A DNA stretch of 64,000 nucleotides from Phoronis australis (lineage: Eukaryota; Animalia; Phoronida). The position numbers and the translations under genes are program-made. The DNA lies in assembly GCA_002633005.1 (NCBI GenBank), contig NMRA01000260.1, forward strand, positions 298,328 to 362,327, given 5' to 3'. The notes below the pieces were generated by a model. It saw only the letters and a list, made by a program, of their open reading frames with translations, ran no database searches and was not told the origin of the DNA. How positions within the stretch are numbered: the stretch's first letter is position 1; each line of letters starts with the position of its first letter. Shown here piece after piece: positions 1 through 57,981 of the stretch.

Positions 1-106
1 CGGCGAACTGCAGACTTGGCCCTGAAGACCAGACTGACTATCTAAGCTACATGGCCGGGAACGCTGAAGAAGAAGAAGCTTAAATTCGGTCTTCGAACAA
101 AGTTAA

Positions 107-1195
107 GGTTATCTCCATGGCCATTTTTACAATATTTCACTTGTGTCTAGCAAAATACCTATCTTCATTCTCAGGGAACTTCAAAATATACACCGCGTAG
201 CGAGGAAAAATGATTTAGCAGAACCACCTTGGAACCGCTCAACCGCGTGGATATTTGTTAACTACTTAACCTAGGTCAAAGGTTAAAGGGCTTTCAATTA
301 AATCGAATCTCCCGCCAGGTACAGAACAGCTTCGCATACCCTCAGTCCTTTCATTCTCAAAGTCGCCATAACATTGAACCGACAAGGTGTACTTATGATG
401 GAATGGTGCCGGGGAAAACAAAGACAAAACGTAGTTTTGATCCTAAGGGAGTTGTGCGTCTACATGCATTCAACTGTTGGCGTTGAAAACTAGTGGTACG
501 AGTCGCCTCAGGCTTCTGTGCTCATGAACACAGAAAGTTGTGAAAATAGATAAATCCTCACCCTAATATCTTAATTCAATTAATAAGTTGACATTTGGAC
601 GTTTTGATCTCATGCTGACATACTTTAACCATCGATTTGATTTTTGTAATCCATTTCCTACTTGGTTTTGTATCAGTCTCCCAGCACGTCACGTGTACAG
701 GGTATGAACTGTGACCTACTTAGAAAGTCAGTCCTAAATAAACAGTAAAAGTTAGCTGGGAACAACATGTCTATTTGAGGTTTTAATAATTAAGTTAGTT
801 ACGCACTGCGAAATAAGTTGACACTGCGAGTGAATGTTGAAATAGCTCACAGTGAAGGACTGTATAGGTTATGTGTGCGGAAAACTAGTTTTCACTGAAC
901 AAATTAATTAACCGATGACTTTGAGATTTTCACTTGTCCCAGTTTAATCGGCTTTTTCTCGGCTTCGGCAAATTGACTTTATTTGAACTCAGGAACGCTA
1001 ATTCTCGAAAACAGCTGCATGGATTTCGCTAAAACTTTCCAAACTTAATATTTAGTAATCAATCTAAAACACTGTTAGCATTTTTGATATAAAGGCCTAG
1101 TTTTTGTGTAATGTGACAAAGACGAATACAACTTCAATTTTTTACAAAAATACCTTACGTTTTGCTAGTTGATTTGTCATAGAAACCAAGCAAAC
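107..1195. mobile_element. Truncated copy of a Kolobok-like non-autonomous DNA transposon
   Basis: Starts TTAA-GGTTATCTCC and is the reverse complement of about 3400-4516 along its length. Confidence 0.75.
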
Positions 1196-2440
1196 AGCAA
1201 TGACGTTAGGGTCACTTAACAATACCTCCTAGGTCTTTCAACCACTAAACCTAATGGGAAAGGTCAACTTCAATTTGCAGTTTACATGGACTTGCTAGCA
1301 CTAGATTTAATTTGGTGGAAAAGGTCATAAATTTCATATTTTTCGCTTGCCTTCCACTCACAAGTATCACATTGTGCTAATGAAACTCTTGCATGTGAGT
1401 CATGTGAGGTGGCTTATAGTTATTGCATCTCTCCACTCGTTAACCCAAATTGTCTGTCCAAATAAAAGCAGACCTGAATTTCATGTTTAAATACCCTAGC
1501 TTGTCTCTATGCCCATCCTCTAATCTGAAATTTTCCAATTTTAATGCTCTGTGCACAGTTATTTGTGACAGTATGTGGAAGTAATTTATTTGAAGAATAT
1601 GAAGCCTTTCGCGCTGGCTCCGCAGCTTCGGTGTTACCAAAGTTTTGGTCAATGGGAACACTTAGTTTCGACCTTAGATTGAAGTTAAAAGCTTAAGTTT
1701 CCGCTGGAATAAAGAGGCGATGCATCAATACAATGGAAATGCTTGACTTGGATGCCACACAAGTTATCTTCTGGGCTTACTGTGTTTGCCAACAGCGGGT
1801 GGTGACTGGTTAATAGCTGTTAATATTTTATTCTAGATAACAGTATTATTTTGATAATATAACCATTCTTTGTCAGTTTTAACCGTGTTTTCTGGATTCT
1901 TTACATTTTTAAAAAAATCATCGAGCATACCTCTCGTCACCGCCATACTGCCTTTGTTCCAATCAGTTGATACTCAGCCACCTTTTGATAGCTCCACTGA
2001 ATTAGTTGTCTGAATAACTCCAAAGCTGATGGGAATTTTGCTGTTAACTACTGGTTAACATCTAAGCTTCAATAGTAGTGGAGTTAAAACTGGGAAAGAG
2101 CCTTATGTTTTCAACCTTTTTAAATGTTGTATTGTTTATTAGCTGTTCATATCGTATTGTCTGGAGCTAAAGCACACTTTTTTTAAATCTATTTTTTGCA
2201 TATTCGCACAATGATTTGATGATGTGCTGTGTAATATAACCTCACCTTGCTCTGTGTAATATGCAAATTCACCTGGTTTATCTTTTGTATCAACATGTCA
2301 CGTACCAGCTCGAACGGTCGCTCTGTTCTATATGACTCACAGTCGTTACATATTACGCCCTGTTGGACACATAGATCTATTATGTTTTACCAGTTTTCTT
2401 ATTGAATTTTGCACGTAATATTGAAGTAACTTGGCAAAAA

Positions 2441-2486
2441 ATGTTTGGACGCTATAAGAGAAAAACAGCTATGCCAGTTAAATGCT
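2441..2486 (+). CDS. MYRF: Candidate MYRF first coding exon (MFGRYKRKTAMPVKC+1)
   Basis: AAAAATG start, 46 nt open, ends at GTAAGT in phase 1, which is the phase the exon at 8200 needs. There is no protein homology support. Confidence 0.3.
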
Positions 2487-3088
2487 GTAAGTTTTGTTTA
2501 AGCTTTCATATTTGAACTGTACAGACTTGATCAATAAGTGGTCATGTAATTGTAAGTCGTAAAATGGCTTGTAATTATTGATTCGTCAGTAATTAAAAAT
2601 CTGTGTATGTTTCAGACTTGTAGATTTTTTCAGCACTTGGGAGTCCTTGACTACATGATAGGTTAAGATGATATCATTCATCATTTGGTGCTGAATTCAA
2701 ATATGAATCCCAAGGCTGATTGCCTGGGCTGATTGTCAGAAAGTGCTCTGTTATTTTGTGGTTTCGTAATCATCTATTGTGGTCAGCTTTAGTTTATTGT
2801 TGGATACACATGTCCTGGCCCTGTATTTATTACATTTGTTGTGACACATAAAACTATGGTAAAATTTCTTGTAAGTTAAATAGGAATAGCTATGCTATTT
2901 TTCATTTTTGTTCTTCCATTCATTTTATTATAAAATGCAGGAAGCTAAACATGGGTGAACTGGAGGCTGAATGTAGGCTAATCTTGTGCCTTGAGTTGCC
3001 ACTGAAAACATAATTAAGTATTGAGTGGGCATTAAATCAGAAACATTTCTAATCCAGTGACTGTACAGACTGCACAACAGGCATCTCA

Positions 3089-5010
3089 AGGCCCTTTTCA
3101 TACTGACTTAAGGTTATCTCCAACCTTATTTAGTGGCCTCCATTCTAACGCGTATATCAAAAAAACTAAGCTTTGTCAACTAGTAAAAGTATATATTTTC
3201 TGAAAGAACAAAGACCAGGAAATATAAATATACTTTTTGTATTTATGTTCCATTATTATTTTTACGTAAAAACCTTTTTTAAGTCAAAATTTCATTTTTA
3301 AGAAAGGTACATAACCTCTCTGTCAATTTTAATGAAACCTTTCTATATAAAAACTTTACCAGTTACCTCAAAAACGCTGTTAGGAATTTTAGATTAGTCT
3401 GTTCATTTGGTTTCTATGACAAATGAACTCGCATAACGTAAGGTATTTTTGTAAAAAGTTGGTCGTATTTTTCTTTGTCACATTACGCAAAAACTGGGCC
3501 TTTATATCGAAAATCCTAACAGTGTTTTTGAGATTGATGACTAAATATTAAGTTTGGAAAGTTTCAACGAAATCCACCTAGCCGTTTTCAAGAACTCGTG
3601 TTCCTAAGTTCAAATAAAGTCGATGTGCCGAAGCCGAGAAAAAGCTGATTAAATTGGGACGAGTGAAAATCTCAAAGCCTATGAATTATTTGATGAAAAC
3701 TTGTTTTCAGAACACTAACCTATACAAGCCTTAACTATGTTAGCTATTTCAACATTCACTTGCATTGTCAACTGATTTTGTAGTGCGTAATTAACTTAAT
3801 TATCATTAAAATCTCAAGTAGACTTATCGTTCCCAGCCAACTTTTACTGTTGTTTACAACCTACTTTCTAAGTAGGTCACAGTTCATTGTTGTACACACA
3901 AGCCTGTACACGTGACGTGCTGGGGACTGATACGAATCCAAGTAAAAAATCGATAACTAAAATCGAATCGGTGGTTAAAGTATGTCGTTTGCATGAGATT
4001 GAAACATCGAAATGTCAACTTATTAATTGAATTAAGATATTGGGATGAGGATTTATCTCTTTTCACAACTTTTTGTGTACATGGCCACTGAGGCCTGAGG
4101 CGTAGCATTCGTTTTCAATGCTAACAGTCATATGCATGTAGACGCACAATTCCCTTAGTATCAAAACTACATTTTGTCTTTGTTTTCCTTGACACCATTC
4201 TATCATAAGTACACCTCGTTGGCTCAATGTTATGGCGACTTTGTGAATGAAAGGACTGAGGGTATATGAAGCTGTTCTGTACCTGGCAGGAGATTTAAAT
4301 TGATTGAAAGCCCTTTAACCTTTGACCTTGGATAAGTAGTAAACAAATATCCACGCGGCTGTGCGGTTCCAAGGTGGTTCTGCTAAATCTTTTTTCCTCG
4401 CTACGCGGTATATATTTTGCATTTGAAGTTCCCCGAGAATGAAGATGAGGTATTTTGATAGACACGTGAAATATTGTAAAAATGGCCAATTTTTGTGAAT
4501 GAGGTTGGAGATATCCCTAACTCCGATCTGAGCAGAGAGTGGATGTAAATTGCGAAGTTAAATGAACCGTTCATGCCGGATTCGGTACTTAACGAACATT
4601 AAAATAAACAGTAGGTGAGGCTGTTGTCATGAAAGTAGTCGCAAGGTAGCGCTAATGCATTGCGTGCTTGCTAAGATTTTTTTAATGTGACAGTTTGGGA
4701 ACATTTACTAATTGGCATAAAACATTTCTGATTCAATTGGTGATAATATTCGAGCAAAACATAAACAACTATTAGCGACGACACTGCCCTTTAATTGTTG
4801 ACGATAACAGTGGCCCCAGGCAATAACTTCGATGGGACCGAAGTTGACCGATCACACTGGACCACAAAGTCGACAATCCGCTGTTAAATCCACCTGTTGA
4901 CTTCGAAGTTAACTTGCGCTGTTAACTTCGATCCAGGACTGCAGTTAACTGTTCTTACTGACCGCAACTCCCCAAAACATCGACACGTAGATGTTAGTAT
5001 GAAAGGGCCT
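3089..5010. mobile_element. PIF/Harbinger-like MITE interrupted by the 3112-4516 element
   Basis: TIRs AGGCCCTTTTCATACTGAC / GTTAGTATGAAAGGGCCT with a TCA target-site duplication (3086-3088 and 5011-5013). Confidence 0.72.
3112..4516. mobile_element. Kolobok-like non-autonomous TIR element
   Basis: TIRs GGTTATCTCCAACCT / AGGTTGGAGATATCC, flanked by TTAA and CTAA; purine-purine termini. Confidence 0.75.
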
Positions 5011-8000
5011 TCAGAGTTTATGCAATCAACCGCGGGTATTCATGTTTCGTCCATAGGTTTTTAGGCTTGGAGTTGTTTGCTACCAGTGCTGCTGGTTGGC
5101 AGTCACAATCTCCAGACCATTGGTTAGCCGTGAAATCTATACAGTCACCATGACTTGACCTTATCTAAATTTGTTTCTGTTATACACTTTTGATGGTTGT
5201 ATTTGACAGTGAAGAATAAATTTTGTCAATTCAGAAGTTGGTACCAACTGCAAGCACTGCTTTGCTAAGGTGAGGAGATACAGTGACCCTCAAAACTGTT
5301 GGGGAGAGGCTTGGGGAGATGAAGGTTTGATTGAGTAGTCAAGTGGCACACCCAACTGGTCATTCATAAATAATACTTAAAACTGTCATCCCAAGAGATC
5401 ATTTAATCAGGCTTAAGTTACTTTCCTCTGACCTTTCACTTTGGTACCCAACATCATGAATTGCAGTTATGCTTGTATTTCCATTTTTTAAAAAAGTTTG
5501 TGTGCTTCAGAATTTGGGAGTTTCGTTTACTGAGTGAGCTCATTACCATTGCCAACATGTTGTTTCTGGCAGTCTTAGTATGTTAGTTGAGGGATTGAAA
5601 ATAATGGATTGGATACAAGGCTTTAGAGGGAATTAGAGCTATTGGGTTATTTTCAGTTTTAGGGCAGAAAACACTATTTTGCTGTGATTGAGGAGATGGG
5701 ATAGACTTCTTTAATTTGTTAGCTTTGCCCAGAGTAATAAAACGACAAGATCAGTTGGTGTTTTTCATTTTAGTACAAATCCCTAATTCTATCCGTTGTC
5801 TGCCAGACATTCGCTGAAATCAAGATCGGTATCTTTAACATTTTTAATGCCCTTAAAATATGCTTTCATTGAAAGTAATGGTAGTTGTTACATTTTCAAT
5901 TGACATTGAAACAATGTGCTCATGATACCAGTATAAGTTATGACATCACGTGGGTCAAATCCATCATCAGAAGGATGATTGAAAACTTAACAAACGAGGG
6001 GGCTTAGTAAGAGTAGAGTTTTAAAAATGCATAAATCACATTTAAATTGCAAATCGTGCAATCTGACATCCACCAGGCACACTCCGGTGTACTCAGTTTG
6101 TAGATGTAAGTCTCTGGACTGCTTATGAGAGGACATTACTTCAGTGCAGAATAGCAGTATAGTCGTCTAACCTTTTTTTAAGAGGAAGCATGGACCGTGA
6201 GTTGTTTTTTCTATGGTCTTATGAAAATTTTGCAAAAATGAGAACTTTATTTAAGTTAATGCAATCTTAGGATAAAATAATGATGGTCAAGACAGTAGCT
6301 GTGTTGGATTACATTGCATTCAGTTGACCTTTGTGAATTTCATTATAGATATATTGATCACTGGTAATATTGCTATTTCCCCGACAATGTCATCCTGTTG
6401 CATAAACTAGCAAGTTTGATTTAATTTTGGGACTGTCACAAAATTCGAGTCATGAAATAAGCGAGTTAGCACAGTTCGTTTCCCACGGTTATACAGTGGT
6501 CAGAAGGGAGTTTGTAGGTTTTGTTTTTGATTCATTTTCAACCGCTTCATTCTCAGTTGCCCATTCATTTTTCACGAATTGTATAACTTTTTTTCATTGC
6601 TACTCCTAACACTTCTTTAAATACGTTATTTGAGTGGCAGATACGCGAGTAGTTTATAACAATTTCAATTAATTTCAATTACGTGGCTTATCTTTATCAT
6701 CTGGTTTCTGGCCTTTTGATTACCATTTTCCCTTTAATAAGCCTGTTTATTTTACAACCTCTAGCCAAGAAAACATTACTCAGATTTTAGTTTATAGCTC
6801 AAATCTAGGGGTCATCAAATGTGAACTTGGACTCAAAACTCGTATGCATAAACCATTATGTACTCGGGCACAGAATTTTAGATACTTGACTTTAGTTCAC
6901 ACAAAAGTAGATTTAGAAAATGCCAAAAATGGTTTTCAAGTTCAATTTTGAATAAAATGTTTAGACCCTGGGGCCTAGAAATCAGTACACTAGCAGAATA
7001 AATCGTATAATGTATTTGAAGTGTGAAGCCTCATGGTTGGCCTACTTTTATCAGTGAGAAACTGCGAAGATAGCTTATGAATTTCATTTGTTTAATTTCA
7101 TTTCTTTCAATTTTGGTGTCAGAATGGCATTTTAAACATGTGATAATGCTCCCATGAATTAAATGTATTCTTGAAATGATGCAAAAATGCAGTTTCCCAC
7201 GGACACTGGGATTTCCAATTTAGTAGTGTTCTTCACGAAGTCTCGGAAAATCATAGAATGCTGTTTGAATGCATGCATTCAGTGTTCCAGTTAGACGTTT
7301 TATACTTTTTCAGTGGTCTTCCTACATCTTTAGTTAGAACTTTCCATCTTACTAGAGAGTTTGTTGCAATTGGTTTATTAGGCCAAAAATAGCATAATTG
7401 GCCTCTTCTTTTTTAATTGATGTTACGTAATATTTTTAGTTGTCTGTATTTTTCAAAGACAAAAGTCACCTGTTGTCACCTGAAATGGCTCGGAAAACTA
7501 ATCTTTTTTCCCCGGCTGTGGTAATGGGTCAGGTTCCTGCTGTCGTTTTTACCACAAGGTCACCTGATGCTGAAATAAGTCGGAACACTTTGAAGAACAG
7601 GTTTCAAAATGAGTCCTGCCAGACTAGAACAATTATATGTTATTTTGGCTTCAGTTATATCTTGACGTATCGCTATGGTGATACGTAGGCCTATTATGGT
7701 CAGAGCCTTATAGCCATTTTGTGGATCAATTACTGTGCAGCCAAATGATATGTGTCGTGCTTAATTTTTTTGCTTAAATCTGTTGTTCGTTTCAGTTCTT
7801 CAATTGACATGGTGTATAAACTTGTGGATCTGTCAAATCTTGTTTATCCTCTGTTCTGTTGCATTATGCATGATTCTGTCACAAAAATCAATGCAGCATG
7901 ATCTATTAGTATGTACCAGTTGTATAGTATGAATTGTGATTTTGGTTCTGTGCCTAAATTCACTAAAAGGAAAATTATTGTTCAGAGATTAGTGCTTAAC

Positions 8001-8199
8001 TGACCAGGTACTGTCTCCTCTGGCACTTATGTTGAAATATGTACTATTTGATTTCTCAGTGAAGTCCTTGACACCTGAATGCCCATTTGGCTTAATCTTG
8101 CCTGTGGCGTTTTCAATTGACAGTGACATCTATTTTGCTCTTACTGAACTAGACTGCTGGTTATCCCTTCCAGTAAATGTTGGCTATGTCTGTTTTCAG

Positions 8200-45335
<37,136 letters not shown>

Positions 45336-47958
45336 AACATTCTCCACCTGCTCTGTTTAATTGCCACATGGTATGGCAAGTTTTCAAAACAAAAATGTCC
45401 ACCTCTCATCAACTGGAAGGGCAACATTGACGGCTTAGCTGTGGACTGAAGCATATGATGACAAGCAAAGGATTATGGAATTGTTGAAAGTTGTAGATGT
45501 TTGAGTTAAACGCTTACATTACAAAATGCAGGAATCAAGTGAAACGTTATAATGTTTCAGAATAAACCGCATTGTGTACTAATGCTCAATTCTTCATAAT
45601 AAAAATGTGCACTGTGTTTGTGATGGCGGTGGTGAGGGAGGAACACTGACCGAGTTGTTCGTGAAAGCTTTTATTTTGACTCGCAAGTTGCATAATGTAT
45701 TTTCTATGACTGTGTTATGATATCAGGTACTGTATATATATAGGTTATAACCAAAGGACCGTATTATAATATACATGAAGTATGACACTCCTGTCTATTG
45801 AATGACGAAATGTGCCATACAAACATGTGCTGTACAATGCAGAATGCTGCATAGGTATTACAACCAGGGTTATTTTTGTATTGGTCAAATTTGTAAATCT
45901 GAGATATAATTAAATTGCACAGTGGCATAAGAATGGTCACAAGTCTAGATGTGTCCTAAAGAAAGATAATTGAGACACTTGATTGGTTAAAACATTTATT
46001 ACGGCAGTTTATGGACGTTCTACCTGTTGTTATTTCATTTAAGGCATCGTTTAGTCATTTAAAGACATATTGTGAAATGGCTTGAGCAGAAAGAATGGCC
46101 AGTTAATACGAAAATGTTTTTAATGAGACTGTGAAGGTAGACCACTAATGAATAAAAACGTCTACCTGATGGGAACCCCGAGTCCCTATCCATTATTTTT
46201 TTAATTGATTGGGTACTTTGGTCTTTGCTCTGTAATTGTCGTTGTTCATTGTTTGATTATCCCTAGTTGTGAAACTTATTATTTTTATAGTGACTGTATG
46301 ACTGTCTATCAAATGTTACTATGAAAGGATACACTTGACAACAACTGGGCTGTAGCTGAATAACAAATATATTAACTGGACCAGAACTTAATGACTGTGG
46401 TCCAGTTTGATAATATATGGTAATTCTCCTCTTAGTTTGCTCAAACATAATTGCCAAACTTTTCTAAAGCTGATTGCTTTTCAGGAAATAATGAGAAATT
46501 TACAAAAATTGTTTGACATTGACACAGTTTAAGCCATGCTGGACTTAAATTTTTAATATCTTTATTTTTGTGGAGATATTTAAAAAAAGTATTTTATGTT
46601 TCGGCCAAATTGTGTGCTAAACAAGTGAGGAATTAATGTACATTCTATTGTGGTGTCTTTGTGTATAACAGCTCTGTTGCTGAAAATGTTTAGAGCAAAC
46701 TGATTAATGAAAGTCAGTATTGTTGTAGTGTTGTGTGTACGTAACGGAGGCTGAACTGTTGTACTGTTAACACATGAGCCACTCTGCTGGCTCTATGTCT
46801 GGAAAAATTATCCTTCGAGTTGCATTGTTCTTTGTCAGTACAGGATTAGCTTGTCCGTGGTGAATTACTAGTTTCCCATCAATGTGGGACAATTGACGAG
46901 TGCTTATACATTGATCACGTTTTGTTACTATGTGGACAATGCTGAACTCTTGTTCACCAAGATCATACTTGTCTAATACTAAATCATGCTAATTTTTGGT
47001 GAGTCATGGGGTAACCTGACTGACGTGGATGTTGTTCATTTCTCAGGAATAGGACTCAGGCCCATCTTTCTCCACCCAATACAAGTAGCATGTTGAACAA
47101 TACCTGTACTTGGACAAAGTGGCTACTTTTAATAGGTAATTGTATGACTAAGCTGTTGTGAGAATCGAGAAGGTTGCTTATGCACCAACATTGCTCATTT
47201 TCATTTCCAAAGCTCACAGTTGACATCGTGAATGACTGTCTTTAGTGAAAACTCTGCATTTCAAGGACCAGTGTGTTGTACCTGTCAAGACCAGACATAT
47301 GTTAGTTTTCTGCCTGTGCAGTTACCACCCGTTTCAATGACCAAAAAGTCCTGACAGCATAATACTTGAATACTTGTGTACTGGTAATATCCCAGCAGCT
47401 ACTACATCAATTGCACAGTAAATGTATACCTTGTTATGGTGAAAAATTTGTTTTTCATATGTTTAGCTTGTGGCTCAGAACATACAGTAGACCCCATAAG
47501 TATTTAGACAAAATGGCCGGGAATTCACCGTCATGGCGGCTGTGCAGCTGCTGAATTCAAGGTCAGCTTGGCTTCCCTCATAGCTTAGAATGAAATTGAA
47601 TTAATATGAAAGTTTGAAAGGTGGCCAAGCCGTTTTGTAACTGGAAATATAATAATCATTACCAGTTGTGATGGGGAAACAGAATTTTGTCTGAGGTGCA
47701 AGTTAATTTCAAGATAGATATACCCGGTATTGTTTTCACAAAATCCAGTTTAAGGTAACTGACAACCTTTGTTACCAAGGATTGGATTTCATATGTATCT
47801 TTTATCCTTAAACACATGGGACTGTTTTACTTTTAAAAACCCTAATGATCCTAGAAATTTATGAGCACTAAGTGTCCAGTTGTTAATCATGCAACTATGG
47901 TAAGTAAAAGTTGTCACCAAGTTGACTATACGATGTTATTGAAAGTGTATCAATTACA

Positions 47959-48003
47959 AATAAAAATTTTGTAAATACTTAACAAACGTAATATATTAAT
48001 AAA
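47959..48003 (+). terminator. Candidate distal MYRF polyadenylation signals (two AATAAA)
   Basis: AATAAA at 47959-47964 and 47998-48003 followed by T-rich sequence; proximal AATAAA also at 45561 and about 45598. Confidence 0.4.
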
Positions 48004-48923
48004 GCTGTATGAAATTCACAAACAGTTCTTTTTATACTTGCAAAAATGAGCAGGAAGTATTAAATATCGGGTCACTAACAGACTGCTCGCAACTCACCAG
48101 ACTGTAGTGTAGATGCCATTGTTTTCGGATTTCAAAAACAGAAATCAATTTAGCAAACAATTTTTTTCCGTTTTGTAAAATGAGATTTCATTTTATTTCT
48201 CAGGGATGGTATAAAAATGATCTGGGAAATGCTTTAGTTTCCCAATTAACTTTACGCCATGTTTGTTGCTCAAAACTGAAAAAAATAACAGCACCACCTT
48301 GTGGATCAATTTGTGGCCAGAATTGTTGAATTTGATGGATTGTATCCTTAATTACTGGTAATTAACCAACAAAACATAAGAAATGCTGTTTGCTATGTAT
48401 GTAATTCCAATCAAAATCTTAGAATGCTAGTAAAATCAGATTCCATGAATTAAGCCCATGTACGGTTATTGTGCAAAAGCAGGGTCTCTAGGAGTTTCTT
48501 TGCCACATTCAATTTTAGGATTGGAAACATAGATTTTGCAAGCAGATTCCTGGAGATTCTTCAAAGAAATAGTGTACCTGTGAGGTACAATAATTTTACT
48601 TCCAGAACACTATATGACTGACCAGTGAACTTCTATTTTGGCAAATTTATCCACACAAATAACGACATAAGAAAATTTTAGTCTTTGACTAGCATGAAGG
48701 TTTGTACTGAGTTAGATTAGATATAAACAATTTCCCGTAAAATTTTCCATTATCTGCAGTAAAATAAAGCTTTTGAAAAATGGAAAAATTACCAATTTTA
48801 GTAATTAATTATGTGTGAAATACTTGAAAAATTACCGTACATACAGTTTTTCAACTGAAATTAGAAGCATGCGTGTTGTTCATGGGTTGAGTCAGAATTA
48901 CTTGTACAGAAGCTGATAAAATG

Positions 48924-48929
48924 TTTATT
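48924..48929 (-). terminator. Candidate TYMS polyadenylation signal AATAAA
   Basis: tttatt on the + strand, about 560 nt beyond the TYMS stop. Confidence 0.45.
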
Positions 48930-49490
48930 TAACAGACAACAAATATCAAAATCCAATCCCTCAAGACTAGTTACACACACTAGTTGCAAGCATGAGTAAA
49001 TATTTCACGAATACATGTGGTCATACATACTTCTTGAGATTCTGGAATAAGGTTTACCTGGTATATTTTGAACAAAATACATTTTTGTGCATTTGGCATA
49101 AATGACGTGTAGTCCCCATTAAGATAAGTTTGTGGAGGTGTACATAACTGCAAAAGTTATCAATAAACTCGCCCAGTCCACAATGTAATCTACCTTGTAA
49201 ACCAAGGGATACTGAACTGTCATCGTTAAAAAAATCTCTAAATAGGTTAAAAGGGTTGAGTATCATTCAATTACTCACACGCCATCCAAAATATACTACA
49301 AATGCTGCTGTTTGCACTTTACATAATCTTTCCTCCAGTTGTCACACATGTTTGATTGTGACTGCGACATCTCCACCATAAACAGAGAAACACTCGCCAA
49401 CACTGCAGGTTCCCCTGCATGTAACAGCATGTTTAAATCAGAAATATTTTACTTAGTTATGATTCAAACTGGCAGGTGAAAGCTATTCCT

Positions 49491-55996
<6,506 letters not shown>

Positions 55997-56010
55997 TTCT
56001 AGAAGAAAAT

Positions 56011-56186
56011 CACAGTAGGAAATGCCTTCAAATACACAGCACCACAGTGAGCCTTCAAATACACAGCACCACAGTAAGCTTTCAAATACACAGCATCACA
56101 GTACGCCTTCAAATGCACAGCACCATAGTAAGCCTTCAAATATGCAGCACCACAGTAAAACTTCAAATACACAGCAACACAGTAAA
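56011..56186. repeat. Minisatellite, 27-bp unit, about 6 copies
   Basis: CACAGTAAGCCTTCAAATACACAGCAC. Confidence 0.9.
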
Positions 56187-57095
56187 ATCTCATCAGTTTA
56201 GGACACAGTGTGACATACAAGTGAAATTTAATTTTTTTTCCTTTTTCCACAACAGATAAGCAGCACAAAATAATACCTGCCATTGGACAATGAGTGTGAA
56301 ACCGTGGACATTCTCAAAAATACATTTGATAAAAGTCCAGTTTTGGAAGGTACTTTTGTCTGAAATTTGGCAACATTTTACCATAAACACATATCTTTCA
56401 AAAAAATTTTGCTTGAAATAACATGTGCCATGTTATGCACAACAAAAATGTCATTTCACCAATCATAAAAAAGTTCACCCCTCAGGCATCAGATTACTAC
56501 GCACTGCTATAGTAAAGTAGCAACAATTGATGCTGAGAAAGGATTGTCCTGAACAAAAATTGACTTTGCTTGCCCTCAAACGATCCATACAAGACTCGTA
56601 AGTAGTGCATGGCTGATTACAAAATTAGTTATCAAATCTGAAAACTGAACGGCACTTGAACAGACTGATCAAAGATAGCACATTGATAATCACTGGTTAC
56701 AACAAAATGCACTCGTTCAAATATGCACATTTTCTAGACAAGGTGTCTTAGTAAAGCACAATCATGCTCCAGAGTTCAGAGAAGCATTGAATAAAACAAA
56801 GTTAATCTCAGTCTCAATGATATGTTACTTATTGATTAATAAATTAATTAGGATACTAAGTCAGTCATAATCATCACTACACTGATTTTCAACTTCATTG
56901 TTTATTAGCTGTTTGAAATGACTTGTTTTACAGAGATCAATCATCAATTCTAGATTTGTAACTGTTGTTGATCATATCTATTAACAGGCAAGTAGTTAGC
57001 ATGCTCCCCGGTTTTACTGGGGTCGCAAGGTTCGATTCCCAGGTCAGGTAATCTTGGCTATATTACTACATAACCCATCACATTCGAGTATAGAG

Positions 57096-57981
57096 TCATT
57101 CTCAATGAATCGCGACAATTCAACACTTGATTTTCAAGTATCTTCATCTGGAGCTAGCGTATTATTTTTTCTTAGTTTAACGTATGTATGATAAGTTTTG
57201 AACAATTTCCTCAGCTCAGCAAGTGCAGTTATAGAGTTATTTTGTTGTTTAATTAGAGCTACTGGATAATTTATTTGAAAACTGAAAAACGCGTTCCTTG
57301 GGTCAATTTTCGCTGTAGTTTGTTATCAATGATGACAAACACTCTCATTGAGCAATTTTATCAATCAGCATGCTTGGTAAAATTGAGGAAAACAGCTCTT
57401 AGTATTTTCTACTTTCTTATGTATTTTTCATGGACATATAAAAATTAAACTTTTGAACTAAATTTTTACTTTTTTAAAACACGTTGTTTGTTTATAACGG
57501 TGTTTTATAAAAACAGGTGCCGTGGTGTTTGCACTAGTCTTAATTTTCATTAGCGACTATCGATCATTCAAAACTGGTACACAATATGCGGTAACTTGAT
57601 GACTAAAAAATCCTTAAGTGAATTCAAAGACTTCACTCAGTAAACATGGTGGTAATTAAAATTTATTTTTTTTGTTAATGAAAAACATTGGCTTTCTCTT
57701 TAAATATGTCTCACTGAGTTTCCAAAACGTAATTATTCGTTTCGATAGGACAAGTTATTATAACAAAAACGAGCCTGTTTCTACGTTGTCGTTTTTTCAG
57801 CTTCACGCAATTTTATGGAACCCTGAGCTGTGCATTGTGACACCTACCATGTAAACAGCACCCACATTAGACATATTTTTCTTTATTTTAAAAGTCTTTT
57901 GACGTTGTTTTATGACTTCGGACATTCTCTGTGGTGAGCTGAACATTGGCTTCAACATTTGTCGCGATTCATTGAGAATGA
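57096..57981. mobile_element. MITE in TYMS intron 1
   Basis: TIR TCATTCTCAATGAATCGCGACAA / TTGTCGCGATTCATTGAGAATGA; second copy at 61735-62087. Confidence 0.8.

Noticed and set aside
1-83. Short open frame ending ...DYLSYMAGNAEEEEA-stop at the window edge
   Set aside because: Too short and truncated to assign.
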